A stretch of 64,000 nt of DNA, taken from positions 35,862 through 99,861 of the IMG/VR virus record IMGVR_UViG_3300050821_016057. One strand, 5' to 3'. The DNA comes from a virus. Of the stretch, positions 8,078 to 16,908 are shown one piece after another (position 1 is the stretch's first letter; every line of letters starts with the position of its first letter). The translations under genes and the position numbers were made by a program. Below the pieces are notes generated by a model. It did not search any database. It had not been told where the DNA came from and was given only the letters and a program-made list of their open reading frames with translations.

Positions 8078-9246
8078 GGGAGACGACCATGGAGACGAGC
8101 AAGCAGAAGACGAACGCGACGACGGGGATCATCTTGGCGATGCTGGACCGGCCCCGGATGCTGAAGGCCGCCAACGCGGCGGGGCTGATGACCGAGGGCA
8201 AGTCGGACGAGCAGCTGAGCGTGGCCCTCTTCGCCCACTACCTGAAGGGGGTGGGGAACGACTCGGCCAAGCTGGTCGAGTGCGACATGTGCCTGGGGCG
8301 CTCGCCCGAGGCGCTGGAGGGGTGCCCGTACTGCCTGGAGGACCCGGCGGCGGGCGCGAAGGGGTCGCCGAAGGCGGCCGAGACTGGTAAGGGTCAACAC
8401 CCCAAGGAGAAGGCGCACATGAACAAGACGACGACGAAGGAAGAGGCCCCGCAGAAGTCGCTGATGCTGGCCGGCGGCACCGGGCTGGCGACCGTCACCC
8501 CGATCGGCAAGGACTTGTCGAAGCTGACCGAGAAGACGCTCGACCACGCGGTTAAAGAGGTGCAGGTCGCCAAGGCGGAGGCGAGCGGCTCGATGTGGAA
8601 GCTGGGCGGGAAGATCGCCGCCATCTACGACGGGCAGCTCTGGAAGCTCCGCAGCGAGGACGGCAAGCCGCGCTACAAGACGCCGGACGCGTTCTGCGTG
8701 GCCGAGCTGGGGATGTCGGTCACCCACGCGTGGTCGCTGATGGACCTGCACAAGAAGTTCACCGAGGCCGAGGTGGCCAAGTTCGGGACCAGCAAGCTGG
8801 GCCTGCTCCTGCAGGCGCCCGAGGCGGCCCGCCCGGCCATCCGGGAGTCGATCGAGAAGGGGGCGACCAAGCAGGCGGTGGCCGCCGAGGTCAAGCGCGC
8901 CAACCAGGGCAAGGAGACGGTCCAGCGCCGGGACGGCAAGGAGCAGAAGAGTTCCGCCCCGACCCGCGCCAAGAACCGCGCTGAGGGCAAGAAGGAGAAG
9001 CCGGCCCTGAGGGCGGGCCGCGCCACCATCACGATCGCCAACATGACGGGTAGCCAGACGATCCCGATGTGGAAGAAGGCGAGCATGGTCGGGGACGACA
9101 AGAAGGAGTGGGTGCGCGCCAAGCGGATCGCGGACGTGCCGACCTGCCGGATGGAGCTGGCCAACGACGTCGTGCAGGACTTCACGCTGGTCGAGCACAC
9201 GGACGGCACGCTCAAGCTGAAGATCGTCACCGCGCGCGCCGAGTAG
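8074..9246 (+). CDS. Putative DNA-binding protein (Zn ribbon + HTH-like domain)
   Basis: CDMC...CPYC; WKLG..I..I....LWK...YKT...FC..ELGMS helix-turn-helix-like segment; Lys-rich. Confidence 0.55.
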   Translation: MRETTMETSKQKTNATTGIILAMLDRPRMLKAANAAGLMTEGKSDEQLSVALFAHYLKGVGNDSAKLVECDMCLGRSPEALEGCPYCLEDPAAGAKGSPKAAETGKGQHPKEKAHMNKTTTKEEAPQKSLMLAGGTGLATVTPIGKDLSKLTEKTLDHAVKEVQVAKAEASGSMWKLGGKIAAIYDGQLWKLRSEDGKPRYKTPDAFCVAELGMSVTHAWSLMDLHKKFTEAEVAKFGTSKLGLLLQAPEAARPAIRESIEKGATKQAVAAEVKRANQGKETVQRRDGKEQKSSAPTRAKNRAEGKKEKPALRAGRATITIANMTGSQTIPMWKKASMVGDDKKEWVRAKRIADVPTCRMELANDVVQDFTLVEHTDGTLKLKIVTARAE

Positions 9247-9248
9247 GA

Positions 9249-9266
9249 CCCAAACCCGGGTTTGGG
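9249..9266. repeat. 18-bp palindrome copy 2
   Basis: Exact match right after the stop codon. Confidence 0.95.
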
Positions 9267-9272
9267 GGGCGG

Positions 9273-9282
9273 GCGGCATAAG
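9273..9282 (+). promoter_or_regulatory. GCGGCATAAG motif upstream of the DNA polymerase
   Basis: Exact motif. Confidence 0.7.
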
Positions 9283-9286
9283 AGAA

Positions 9287-9323
9287 GGGCTCCACCCATT
9301 GGGGGTGGGGCCTTTTCTCGTTT
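9287..9323 (+). terminator. Intrinsic terminator of the early operon
   Basis: GGGCTCCACCC-loop-GGGTGGGGCCT followed by TTTCTCGTTT. Confidence 0.7.
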
Positions 9324-9340
9324 CGTGCGATGGAGCCCGG

Positions 9341-12300
9341 ATGGCGAAGGACAGGGAGTACGTGAACGCGTTCGTGGACGGGCAGGACCTGGTCCGGCTG
9401 TTCCGGGAGCCGGGCGGTCAGGTGATGGCGGTCCGGAAGCCGGCCGAGTGGAGCGGGTTCATCCGCAGGGACGAGGTGGCGCCCGAGCTGGTCCGGGAGC
9501 TGAGGACGAGCGCGGTCATCCGGGGGATCCGGGAGGAGGGCGCGCACCTGCGGCTGACGTGGACGAGCCCGGAGGTGCGCCGGCAGTATTGCACCCACCC
9601 CGAGTCGCCGCTCCAGAAGGGCGGGGTGACCGTCTACGAGGGGGACGTGGACCCGGTGCGCCGGCACTTCACCGACACCGAATCGAGGATCGCCCGGCCG
9701 CGCCGCTGCTACCTGGATATCGAGACCGACAGCCGGGTGCCGTTCAGCCGGAAGGAGGAGATGCGCCTGCTCAGCTGGGCGGTGGTCGACCACGACACGG
9801 GCGAGCGGTGGAGCGGGGTGCTGGGCGAGTGGAGCGACCGGTCGGAGCGGGAGCTGCTCAAGGGGATGTGGGCCGCGCTGGGGCCGTTCGACCAGGTGTG
9901 CGGGTGGTACCTGGACGGGTTCGACGCGCCGGTCGTCTTCGCTCGGTCGGCGCTCCACAAGCTGCCGACGGACGCGCGGCGGTGGCTGTGGTTGGACCAC
10001 CTGGAGGTGTTCCGGAAGATGAACCAGCACTCGGCCGAGTCTGGTGATGAGAAGCGGAGCATGCGCCTGGAGGACATCGGCCAGTCGGTGACCAAGCGGG
10101 GCAAGCTCAAGACCCCCGACTGGGTGGTGGCCCGGTTCGGGGACCGGAGCATGGGCGAGCTGTCCTACCAGCTCTGGGAGGCGGGGGGCGAGTTCCGGGA
10201 CCTGCTGGTCCGGTACAACGAGGAGGACACGGACCTGCTCCGGCTGATCGAGCTGGAGACCGGGTACCTGGACCTGTTCGGGACGCTCTGCGAGGCGTGC
10301 CGGCTGTTCGCCGACACCCGGAGCCTCAACCCGACCCAGCAGATGGACGGGTTCATGCTGCGCCTCGGGTCGCGGCGGGACTACCGGTTCCCGACCAAGC
10401 TGTTCAATAACGCGGGCGTGAAGTTCAAGGGCGCGTTCGTCATGCAGCCCACCGTGCTCGACAAGGGCTGGAGGGACGAGCACGGGATGCGGGACGGGAT
10501 CCTTCGCAACGTGCACGTGTGCGACTACTCGGCCATGTACCCGTCGATCATCCTGACTTGGAACATGAGCCCGGACACCAAGGTGTGGAGCGGGCCGGCC
10601 AACGGGCCGATCCCGGAGGGGATGTGCCGGGCGCCGCTCACCGGGATCTGCTTCCGGACCGGGGTGGAGGGGATCCTGCCCACCGCGATCAAGGAGATGC
10701 TCCGACTGCGGAAGTACTGGAACGACTTGAAGGCGAGCCTGCCGCCCGGGACGCCCGAGTGGCATGACGCCGACCGGAGGAGCACCGCCTACAAGGTGGC
10801 GGTGAACGCGTTCTACGGGGTGGTGGGGAGCCCGTTCAGCCGGTTCTTCGACAAGCAGATCGCCGAGTCGGTCACGCAGTGCGGGGTGTGGCTGCTGAAG
10901 CGGACCTTGCACGAGGCCGAGCAGCGCGGGTTCCAGGCCGTGTACGGGGACACCGACTCGGGTTTCGTGGCCGGGGTGGACCGGCTGGTGTTCGCCGAGT
11001 TCGTCCGGTGGTGCAACGACGAGCTGTACCCGGGGATGCTGGCCGGCCAGCAGTGCACCGAGAACCACGTCAAGCTCGCGTACGAGAAGGAGTTCGACCG
11101 GATCGTGTTCACGTCGGCCAAGAGATATTGTGGTAATTTCCGACATTATAAGTGGTCGACCACCTGCACGTGCGACGTGACCAAGAAGGGCAAGACCCAG
11201 CCGGGCGCGCTCGACGTCAAGACGATGACCTGCAAGGACTGCGGGACCCGGCACGACGTCCTGCCCCCGATCCGGAGCGAGCCGGAGATCAAGGGGATCG
11301 AGTACAAGCGGGGGGACGTGCTCAAGATGGCGGCCGACCTGCAGGCGGTGGCGATCGACATGCTGGTGGGGGGGCTGCAACGGTCGGAGTCGGGCGTGAC
11401 CGAGCGGATGGAGGACTACCACGGGGTGCTGAGCCGGATCCGGCAGCGCGTGCTCGAGCACCCGCTCGAGCTGGGGGACGTCAAGCTGTCCAAGGGGCTC
11501 AGCAAGCCGCTCAAGGAGTACGTGGCCAAGAAGAAGCAGGACGGGGAGGACGCGGGCCAGCCCCCGCACGTGGTGGTGGCCCACTTGCTGAAGCAGCGCG
11601 GGCAGGACGTGCAGCCCGGGACGCGCATCGACTACTTCGTGCAGGACGGGGCGGCGAGCCCGATGCGGGTGTTGCCGGCCGAGGACTGGAAGGGGGAGTG
11701 CGACCGGTACTACCTGTGGGAGTCGCTCGTGTACCCGCCGACCCAGCGGCTGCTGGAGGCGGCGTTCCCGGACCGGGGGTGGGACGAGTGGGCGAAGGTC
11801 CGCCCCAAGAAGCCGACGAGGGCCGAGCTGAAGGCGGCCGCCCAGCCCGACCTATTCGCGCCCAAACCCAAGGCCTCGGCGACCCCCGGGAGGGCTCTGG
11901 CGACCCGGAGGCGCCCTACCCCCCAGGTGGAGCTGCCGGAGGCTCCTAGGGTCATCCAGGCGCCAGCAGCGGGCCCGCCGGCTGCCGCCGATCGCCCCGT
12001 ACTGGCCGAGGTGCTGCCGGCTGAGTCGTTGCTGCCTACTGAGCGGGAGATGTTCCAGGCGCTGAGGGACGCGCCGATCCCGACCTTTCGGGAGCTGTAT
12101 CACCTACCGGAGCCGTACGTGCTCCGGGTGGACGAGGCGTCGCTGGGGGACAGCCCGGTCGCGTACGAGAGCATGCTGCTGTCGCTGCGGGCGGTCTTGC
12201 TCCGCCACCCTGGCGAGCATCCTTTGGACCTGGTTCTGCGCCTTCGGTCGGGCGCGGAGGCGGTGCTGTCGCTGCCCTACCGGGTTCGGGTGTCGCCCGT

Positions 12301-12403
12301 GCTGGAAGACGAGCTGTCTGGGTACCGGGCGCGGCATAAGGGTACTCATGAAGAAGCGGAGCGAGGTGGGAAAGGCGCTGGAGGGGGCTCAGAAGCTGGT
12401 TGA
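9341..12403 (+). CDS. polB: Family B DNA polymerase with C-terminal extension
   Basis: Exo LDIETD, GFDAP, YNEEDT; Pol DYSAMYPSII, KVAVNAFYG, YGDTDS, KRY. Confidence 0.95.
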   Translation: MAKDREYVNAFVDGQDLVRLFREPGGQVMAVRKPAEWSGFIRRDEVAPELVRELRTSAVIRGIREEGAHLRLTWTSPEVRRQYCTHPESPLQKGGVTVYEGDVDPVRRHFTDTESRIARPRRCYLDIETDSRVPFSRKEEMRLLSWAVVDHDTGERWSGVLGEWSDRSERELLKGMWAALGPFDQVCGWYLDGFDAPVVFARSALHKLPTDARRWLWLDHLEVFRKMNQHSAESGDEKRSMRLEDIGQSVTKRGKLKTPDWVVARFGDRSMGELSYQLWEAGGEFRDLLVRYNEEDTDLLRLIELETGYLDLFGTLCEACRLFADTRSLNPTQQMDGFMLRLGSRRDYRFPTKLFNNAGVKFKGAFVMQPTVLDKGWRDEHGMRDGILRNVHVCDYSAMYPSIILTWNMSPDTKVWSGPANGPIPEGMCRAPLTGICFRTGVEGILPTAIKEMLRLRKYWNDLKASLPPGTPEWHDADRRSTAYKVAVNAFYGVVGSPFSRFFDKQIAESVTQCGVWLLKRTLHEAEQRGFQAVYGDTDSGFVAGVDRLVFAEFVRWCNDELYPGMLAGQQCTENHVKLAYEKEFDRIVFTSAKRYCGNFRHYKWSTTCTCDVTKKGKTQPGALDVKTMTCKDCGTRHDVLPPIRSEPEIKGIEYKRGDVLKMAADLQAVAIDMLVGGLQRSESGVTERMEDYHGVLSRIRQRVLEHPLELGDVKLSKGLSKPLKEYVAKKKQDGEDAGQPPHVVVAHLLKQRGQDVQPGTRIDYFVQDGAASPMRVLPAEDWKGECDRYYLWESLVYPPTQRLLEAAFPDRGWDEWAKVRPKKPTRAELKAAAQPDLFAPKPKASATPGRALATRRRPTPQVELPEAPRVIQAPAAGPPAAADRPVLAEVLPAESLLPTEREMFQALRDAPIPTFRELYHLPEPYVLRVDEASLGDSPVAYESMLLSLRAVLLRHPGEHPLDLVLRLRSGAEAVLSLPYRVRVSPVLEDELSGYRARHKGTHEEAERGGKGAGGGSEAG
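12331..12340 (+). promoter_or_regulatory. GCGGCATAAG motif, leaderless ATG 12348
   Basis: 7 nt to ATG; no RBS. Confidence 0.7.
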
Positions 12404-12944
12404 GGAGACGTCGGGGGTGGTGGTGGACCGGAAGGTGGAGGCTAAGCAGCACCCGGTCGAGTTCCCGTCGGCCAACCGGGCCCGGGAGGTGCCGCTGGAG
12501 CCCCAGTTCGAGTGGGTGCTCGAGCAGGTGTTCGTCAAGGACATCCGGGGCGCGTACCAGCGGGTGATCGAGTTCGTGAACCGGAAGGGGGGGCGGACCA
12601 AGCTGGACGTGGACGAGGCCAACACACTGCTCAGGAAGGCGCACGACCTCCTGATGACGGCCAGGCGCGAGCGGTACCGTTGGGAGCTCGACAACAAGGT
12701 CGTGTTCGCGGCCTGCTACGAGCGGGCGGTGCTGGACCTGCAGCGCGAGAAGGCCTCGGGCGAGCGGTCCAAGCAGATCACGGACGCCGACACCGAGAAC
12801 CGGTTCGCGCTCATGTACCCGGACGAGTGGCGCCACCAGGAGCTGAAGAAGCGGGAGGTGAAGATCCTGGAGGAGTCGATGGCCAATCTCGTCCAGGTCA
12901 TGGAGCAGACGTGCAGGAACATGGGCTTGACGGTCAAGCCGTAG
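12348..12944 (+). CDS. Helical protein, possibly UvsY-like recombination mediator
   Basis: Coiled-coil character; lies between Pol and SSB/RecA; function is inference. Confidence 0.45.
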   Translation: MKKRSEVGKALEGAQKLVEETSGVVVDRKVEAKQHPVEFPSANRAREVPLEPQFEWVLEQVFVKDIRGAYQRVIEFVNRKGGRTKLDVDEANTLLRKAHDLLMTARRERYRWELDNKVVFAACYERAVLDLQREKASGERSKQITDADTENRFALMYPDEWRHQELKKREVKILEESMANLVQVMEQTCRNMGLTVKP

Positions 12945-12958
12945 GGCAAACGAAGGAA

Positions 12959-12976
12959 CCCAAACCCGGGTTTGGG
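12959..12976. repeat. 18-bp palindrome copy 3
   Basis: Exact match, intergenic. Confidence 0.95.
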
Positions 12977-12991
12977 AGAAAGACGACAGAC

Positions 12992-14419
12992 ATGGGTATC
13001 GACGATTTCCTCTCGCACCGGTCCAGCGACCGGGGCGCCTACCTGACCAAGTGGAAGGATGACGGGAAGGTGAACACGTGGATGCACTGCGAGCGGCTGC
13101 CGATGGCGGTGTGGCGGCACGGCGGCATCCCCAAGGTGGTGGTGCTGGAGGACAAGAAGACGGGCGAGTCGGTCCGGCACGTCTGGTCGGGCGAGTACGT
13201 GTGCCACGAGGACGAGAGCGTGCTCAAGAAGCAGTACAAGCTGAACCCGGACGGGTCGCGCGAGGTGCCGCCCGAGTACTGCCCGGACTGCCGGCTGGCC
13301 GACTACGCGCGGCGCCTGGTGGGGAGCGGGCGCAAGAGCTGGATGGACCCGCTGTTTGAGTGGGAGGCGGACGACCCCAAGGAGAACCTGACGCTCACGG
13401 CGGGCGGGATCTTCATGTCCAGGAAGGCGTTCGACGAGCTGGAGCTGGACGAGGACGACACGAAGGAGATGCGGAAGCGGGGCATCGTCATCAAGGACAT
13501 GTGGAAGCAGAACGTGTTCGCGAAGATGAGCTACCTGTTCTGCGTGGTGGATGACGCCCACCCGGAGTCGGGCGTCCAGAAGGCGTTCAATCCGCAGTCG
13601 CTCGGGGACGCGGTCAAGGACGTGATCGCGGACCGGAGGGAGTCGCTCGGCCTGGAGGAGGGGGACCCGACTCTCAACCCGTACTGCATCCAGTGGCAGT
13701 ACCGGGAGAAGGAGAAGAACTTCAAGGACAAGTACCACGCGCTCGTGATGGAGAAGATCAAGCTGACGAGCGCGGTCGAGCGGCTGATCACCGGGCCGGC
13801 CCCCGACATCTCGCGGGACACCCAGCCGTTCAACATCGTCGAGCACCGGGCGTTCCTGGAGGAGGCGGCGGCGGTCAAGCTGCCGTGGGACCAGATCTTC
13901 GACGTCAAGAAGCGGGTGGTCCGGGAGGCCGAGGAGGAGCCGCGCCCGCCTCGCGCGTCTAAGGCGAAGCCAAAGGAAGACGAGCCCGAGCCCCGGCCGT
14001 CCAAGCAGGTGAAGGGGAAGAAGCGGTCGCCTATCCCGGATGAGGACGATGAGAACGCGGTGGCGTGCGAGGCCCCGATGGAGAACGGGGAGGAGTGCGG
14101 CCGGCCTATGTGGGCGGACGACCTGGACTGCCCGCACTGCGGGGCCCACTACGACGAGTCGGGTAAGCTGATCGAGAAGGAGAAGCCGAGGGGCAAGCTT
14201 CGCAAGCGGAGCGAGGCGGCGGAACCCGAGGAGGAGAAGCCGGCTGCCAGGGCGTCCAAGAAGGCCAAGCCGGCGCCCGATCCCGAGCCGAGCAAGCCCA
14301 TGCGCGAGCCCGGGGACGACTCGGAGGAGGACGACGATCCGTTGCCTTTTGCTTGGTGTGAGGTCGGCCCCGGGGAACGTTGGAATGCGGAGCGGTTGCC
14401 GCGGTGGTTGCGCGGATGA
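12992..14419 (+). CDS. Putative ssDNA-binding protein (gp32-like)
   Basis: C...CPDC; context next to RecA; acidic tail DDSEEDDDPLPF. Confidence 0.6.
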   Translation: MGIDDFLSHRSSDRGAYLTKWKDDGKVNTWMHCERLPMAVWRHGGIPKVVVLEDKKTGESVRHVWSGEYVCHEDESVLKKQYKLNPDGSREVPPEYCPDCRLADYARRLVGSGRKSWMDPLFEWEADDPKENLTLTAGGIFMSRKAFDELELDEDDTKEMRKRGIVIKDMWKQNVFAKMSYLFCVVDDAHPESGVQKAFNPQSLGDAVKDVIADRRESLGLEEGDPTLNPYCIQWQYREKEKNFKDKYHALVMEKIKLTSAVERLITGPAPDISRDTQPFNIVEHRAFLEEAAAVKLPWDQIFDVKKRVVREAEEEPRPPRASKAKPKEDEPEPRPSKQVKGKKRSPIPDEDDENAVACEAPMENGEECGRPMWADDLDCPHCGAHYDESGKLIEKEKPRGKLRKRSEAAEPEEEKPAARASKKAKPAPDPEPSKPMREPGDDSEEDDDPLPFAWCEVGPGERWNAERLPRWLRG

Positions 14420-14462
14420 AGTGCTGTCCCGCGCACCACGGGCTCCACCATCGAAAGAAGTA

Positions 14463-14472
14463 GCGGCATAAG
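14463..14472 (+). promoter_or_regulatory. GCGGCATAAG motif upstream of recA
   Basis: Exact motif. Confidence 0.7.
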
Positions 14473-14495
14473 GGGCTGAACCGAGGGAGACGAGA

Positions 14496-15668
14496 ATGGC
14501 CAGGAAGCCGGTGCGGTCGAGCAAGAGGGGGGCGCGGGAGTTGACCGCGCTTCAGGAGGTCAGGCAGGCGTTCGCCGGGTTCCGCCCGGCGAGCGAGGTG
14601 CTGACCGAGGTCAGGGCCGTCCCGACTTGCTTCATCCAGGTCGACCACGCGCTCAAGGTCGGCGGCTGGCCGATCGAGCGGTTCACGCTCGTCCACGGCC
14701 CGAGCAACCACGGCAAGACCCTCTTCTGCGCCGGGCTGGTGATGTCGTTCCTGCGCCGCGGCGGGCAGGCGCTCTGGCTGGACGCGGAGCGGACCAGCCC
14801 GATCACGTGGTTTCGCACGCTGATGGGCGAGTGGGCGGACTCGGCCGACTTCCACGCGCAGCGGCCCGACACCTACGAGGGGGTGATCGCGGACGTGCGC
14901 AACTACCTGAACGCGGTCATCCGGCTGAAGCAGGAGGGGAAGATGGACCGGGACCGACCGGTCATCCTGGTGTGCGACAGCCTGAGGAAGCTGGTGCCCA
15001 AGAACATGATGAAGGAGATCCTGGAGGCCGAGAAGCAGGCGACCGAGTCCGGGATCAAGGGCGGTCAGGACCGGTCGGGACAGCTGCGGGCCAAGATGAA
15101 CGCGGCGTGGATGGACGAGCTGGTGCCGCTGCTCGAGAAGGCGGGCGGGGTGATGGTGGCGATCGCCAGGGAGATGCAGGACCCGGACGCCGACCCGATG
15201 AGCCGGAAGTGGGGGAACGACTACAAGATCGGCGGGGGCGGGGCGATCTACTTCGACAGCTCGGTGGTGGCCCGGGTCGAGCGGGCCTCGTTCGTCAGCC
15301 ACGGCGAGCAGAAGGACAAGCGGGTCTACGGGGAGCGCCACCGGGTGACGATCAAGAAGACCAAGGTGGCGGCCAAGGACGACAAGGTGCAGGTGGGGTA
15401 CTTCCACTCGAGCAACGGCAAGCTGGTGCCCGAGGGGTTCGACCGGGCCCGGGACGTGCTCGAGCTGGCGATCCGGTTCGGGATCGTCCGGCTGGCGGGC
15501 GCCAACTACTCGCATGCTGGGAGGAAGATCGCGTCGGGCGCGCACAACGCGGTCGTGCAGCTGACCGACAGCCCGGACTGGCTGGACGAGATCGAGGCGG
15601 AGGCGCGCGAGCAGCTGGGCGCGCACAAGCCGCCCGAGGAGAACGAAGTCACCGGGGAGGTGGAGTGA
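14496..15668 (+). CDS. recA: RecA/UvsX-like recombinase
   Basis: DHALKVGGWP, HGPSNHGKT, WLDAE, CDSL, GGGAIYFDSS, KKTKVA. Confidence 0.92.
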   Translation: MARKPVRSSKRGARELTALQEVRQAFAGFRPASEVLTEVRAVPTCFIQVDHALKVGGWPIERFTLVHGPSNHGKTLFCAGLVMSFLRRGGQALWLDAERTSPITWFRTLMGEWADSADFHAQRPDTYEGVIADVRNYLNAVIRLKQEGKMDRDRPVILVCDSLRKLVPKNMMKEILEAEKQATESGIKGGQDRSGQLRAKMNAAWMDELVPLLEKAGGVMVAIAREMQDPDADPMSRKWGNDYKIGGGGAIYFDSSVVARVERASFVSHGEQKDKRVYGERHRVTIKKTKVAAKDDKVQVGYFHSSNGKLVPEGFDRARDVLELAIRFGIVRLAGANYSHAGRKIASGAHNAVVQLTDSPDWLDEIEAEAREQLGAHKPPEENEVTGEVE

Positions 15669-16408
15669 TGAAGATGCTCCTCACCTCCGACTGGCACGCC
15701 GACGCCAAAACCCTGGGCAGGTCCAGGTTCGGGGACGTGGACCGGGCGGTCCGGCAGACCGTGGACGCGGCGATCGAGCGGCGGGTGGACTGCTGGTGCT
15801 TCCTGGGCGACCTCTGCGACCCGGACAGCGGGAGTGCGGCGTTCCGGTCGGTCGAGCTGGCGGTGAGCACGGCGATGGAGTTGAGCCGGGCCGGCATCAT
15901 CAACATCTGGGTGGCGGGTAACCACGACGTGATCGAGGACGGGTCGGGCGACACGACGCTGAGCCCGCTGCGCCCGCTTTACATGGAGGGGTCGTTCACC
16001 AAGCTGTTCGAGCGGCCCGGCCACCACATGCTCGCACCCGGCTACCCGGAAGGGGTGACCGTGCACGCGCTCCCCTACACGGCGACCAGCCACCCCTACA
16101 GCCCGGCCGGGGAGTTCGACGGGGTGGACCTGCGCAGGGGCAGGCACGTCGTGCTCGCCCACCTGATGGTCCGGGGGGTGGAGCCGGGCGAGGAGACGAA
16201 CGAGATGCCGCGGGGCCGGGACGTCGTGTTCCCGCGGGACCTGTTCCCGACCGACATGTCGTGCGTCCAACTGGCGAACGGGCACTACCACCGCCAGCAG
16301 GTCCACGAGGTGTCGGGGCGGCGGCCCGTCCTGATCCCGGGGGCGGCGGCCCGGTTCACGTTCGGGGAGGGGCAGAACCTACCCGGCTACATGATCGTGG
16401 AGGTCTGA
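15668..16408 (+). CDS. sbcD: SbcD/Mre11-like metallophosphoesterase nuclease
   Basis: TSDWH, LGDLCD, AGNHD, LAH, GHYH. Confidence 0.9.
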   Translation: MKMLLTSDWHADAKTLGRSRFGDVDRAVRQTVDAAIERRVDCWCFLGDLCDPDSGSAAFRSVELAVSTAMELSRAGIINIWVAGNHDVIEDGSGDTTLSPLRPLYMEGSFTKLFERPGHHMLAPGYPEGVTVHALPYTATSHPYSPAGEFDGVDLRRGRHVVLAHLMVRGVEPGEETNEMPRGRDVVFPRDLFPTDMSCVQLANGHYHRQQVHEVSGRRPVLIPGAAARFTFGEGQNLPGYMIVEV

Positions 16409-16409
16409 G

Positions 16410-16907
16410 GTGGCGAGGAAGAAGAAGGACTTGGGCCCGATAAAGATCCGGCCGTTCGGGGACTTGGTTATCGCAGCTGAAGTGCCGTTCCCAAACCCGG
16501 GTTTGGGGGCGAGAGTTCCCGCGTGGGGAGCGTTCGAGCTGGTGGGGTTTGACACCCCGCTCGCGCTGACGATCGGGAAGGACAGCGTGATGTGGGTCGA
16601 TTCCGAGTCGTGGCTGTCGACCCCCCCGAGTCTCGGTGGCGCGTACGTGAGGATCGACCCGCCCGCATGGGCGACCGACGAGCAGGTGGAGCGGGCCCGG
16701 TTCCTGGTCGCGCAGGCCGGGGCGTGCGCGGTGAGGGTGCTGCCCCGCCCCAGGGCGGCCCCGATGGTCCGGGAGGCCCGGGAGCCCGCCCGGGCCCGGG
16801 AGACCCTCAGGGAGGCCGTCCTGGCGGTCAGCGGGGGGGTGGCGTCGAGCGACCGGGCCGCGCTGGACCGGGTGGTCGAGGGAGTGCTGGGAAAGGTGGG
16901 TCTTTAA
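16410..16907 (+). CDS. Hypothetical protein, possibly the separated SbcD C-terminal domain
   Basis: Lies between sbcD and sbcC; GAYVRI motif. Confidence 0.55.
   Translation: MARKKKDLGPIKIRPFGDLVIAAEVPFPNPGLGARVPAWGAFELVGFDTPLALTIGKDSVMWVDSESWLSTPPSLGGAYVRIDPPAWATDEQVERARFLVAQAGACAVRVLPRPRAAPMVREAREPARARETLREAVLAVSGGVASSDRAALDRVVEGVLGKVGL
16490..16507. repeat. 18-bp palindrome copy 4 (intragenic)
   Basis: Exact match; encodes PNPGLG. Confidence 0.95.
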
Positions 16908-16908
16908 G

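Noticed and set aside
11150-11280. Intein or intron in PolB, helicase or TerL
   Set aside because: Insertions are short Cys clusters without C/S...HN termini or homing endonuclease motifs, and frames are uninterrupted.
11861-11869. Half-site CCCAAACCC inside polB (and CCAAACCC near 27472)
   Set aside because: The second arm is missing; it is explained by Pro-Lys-Pro codons.
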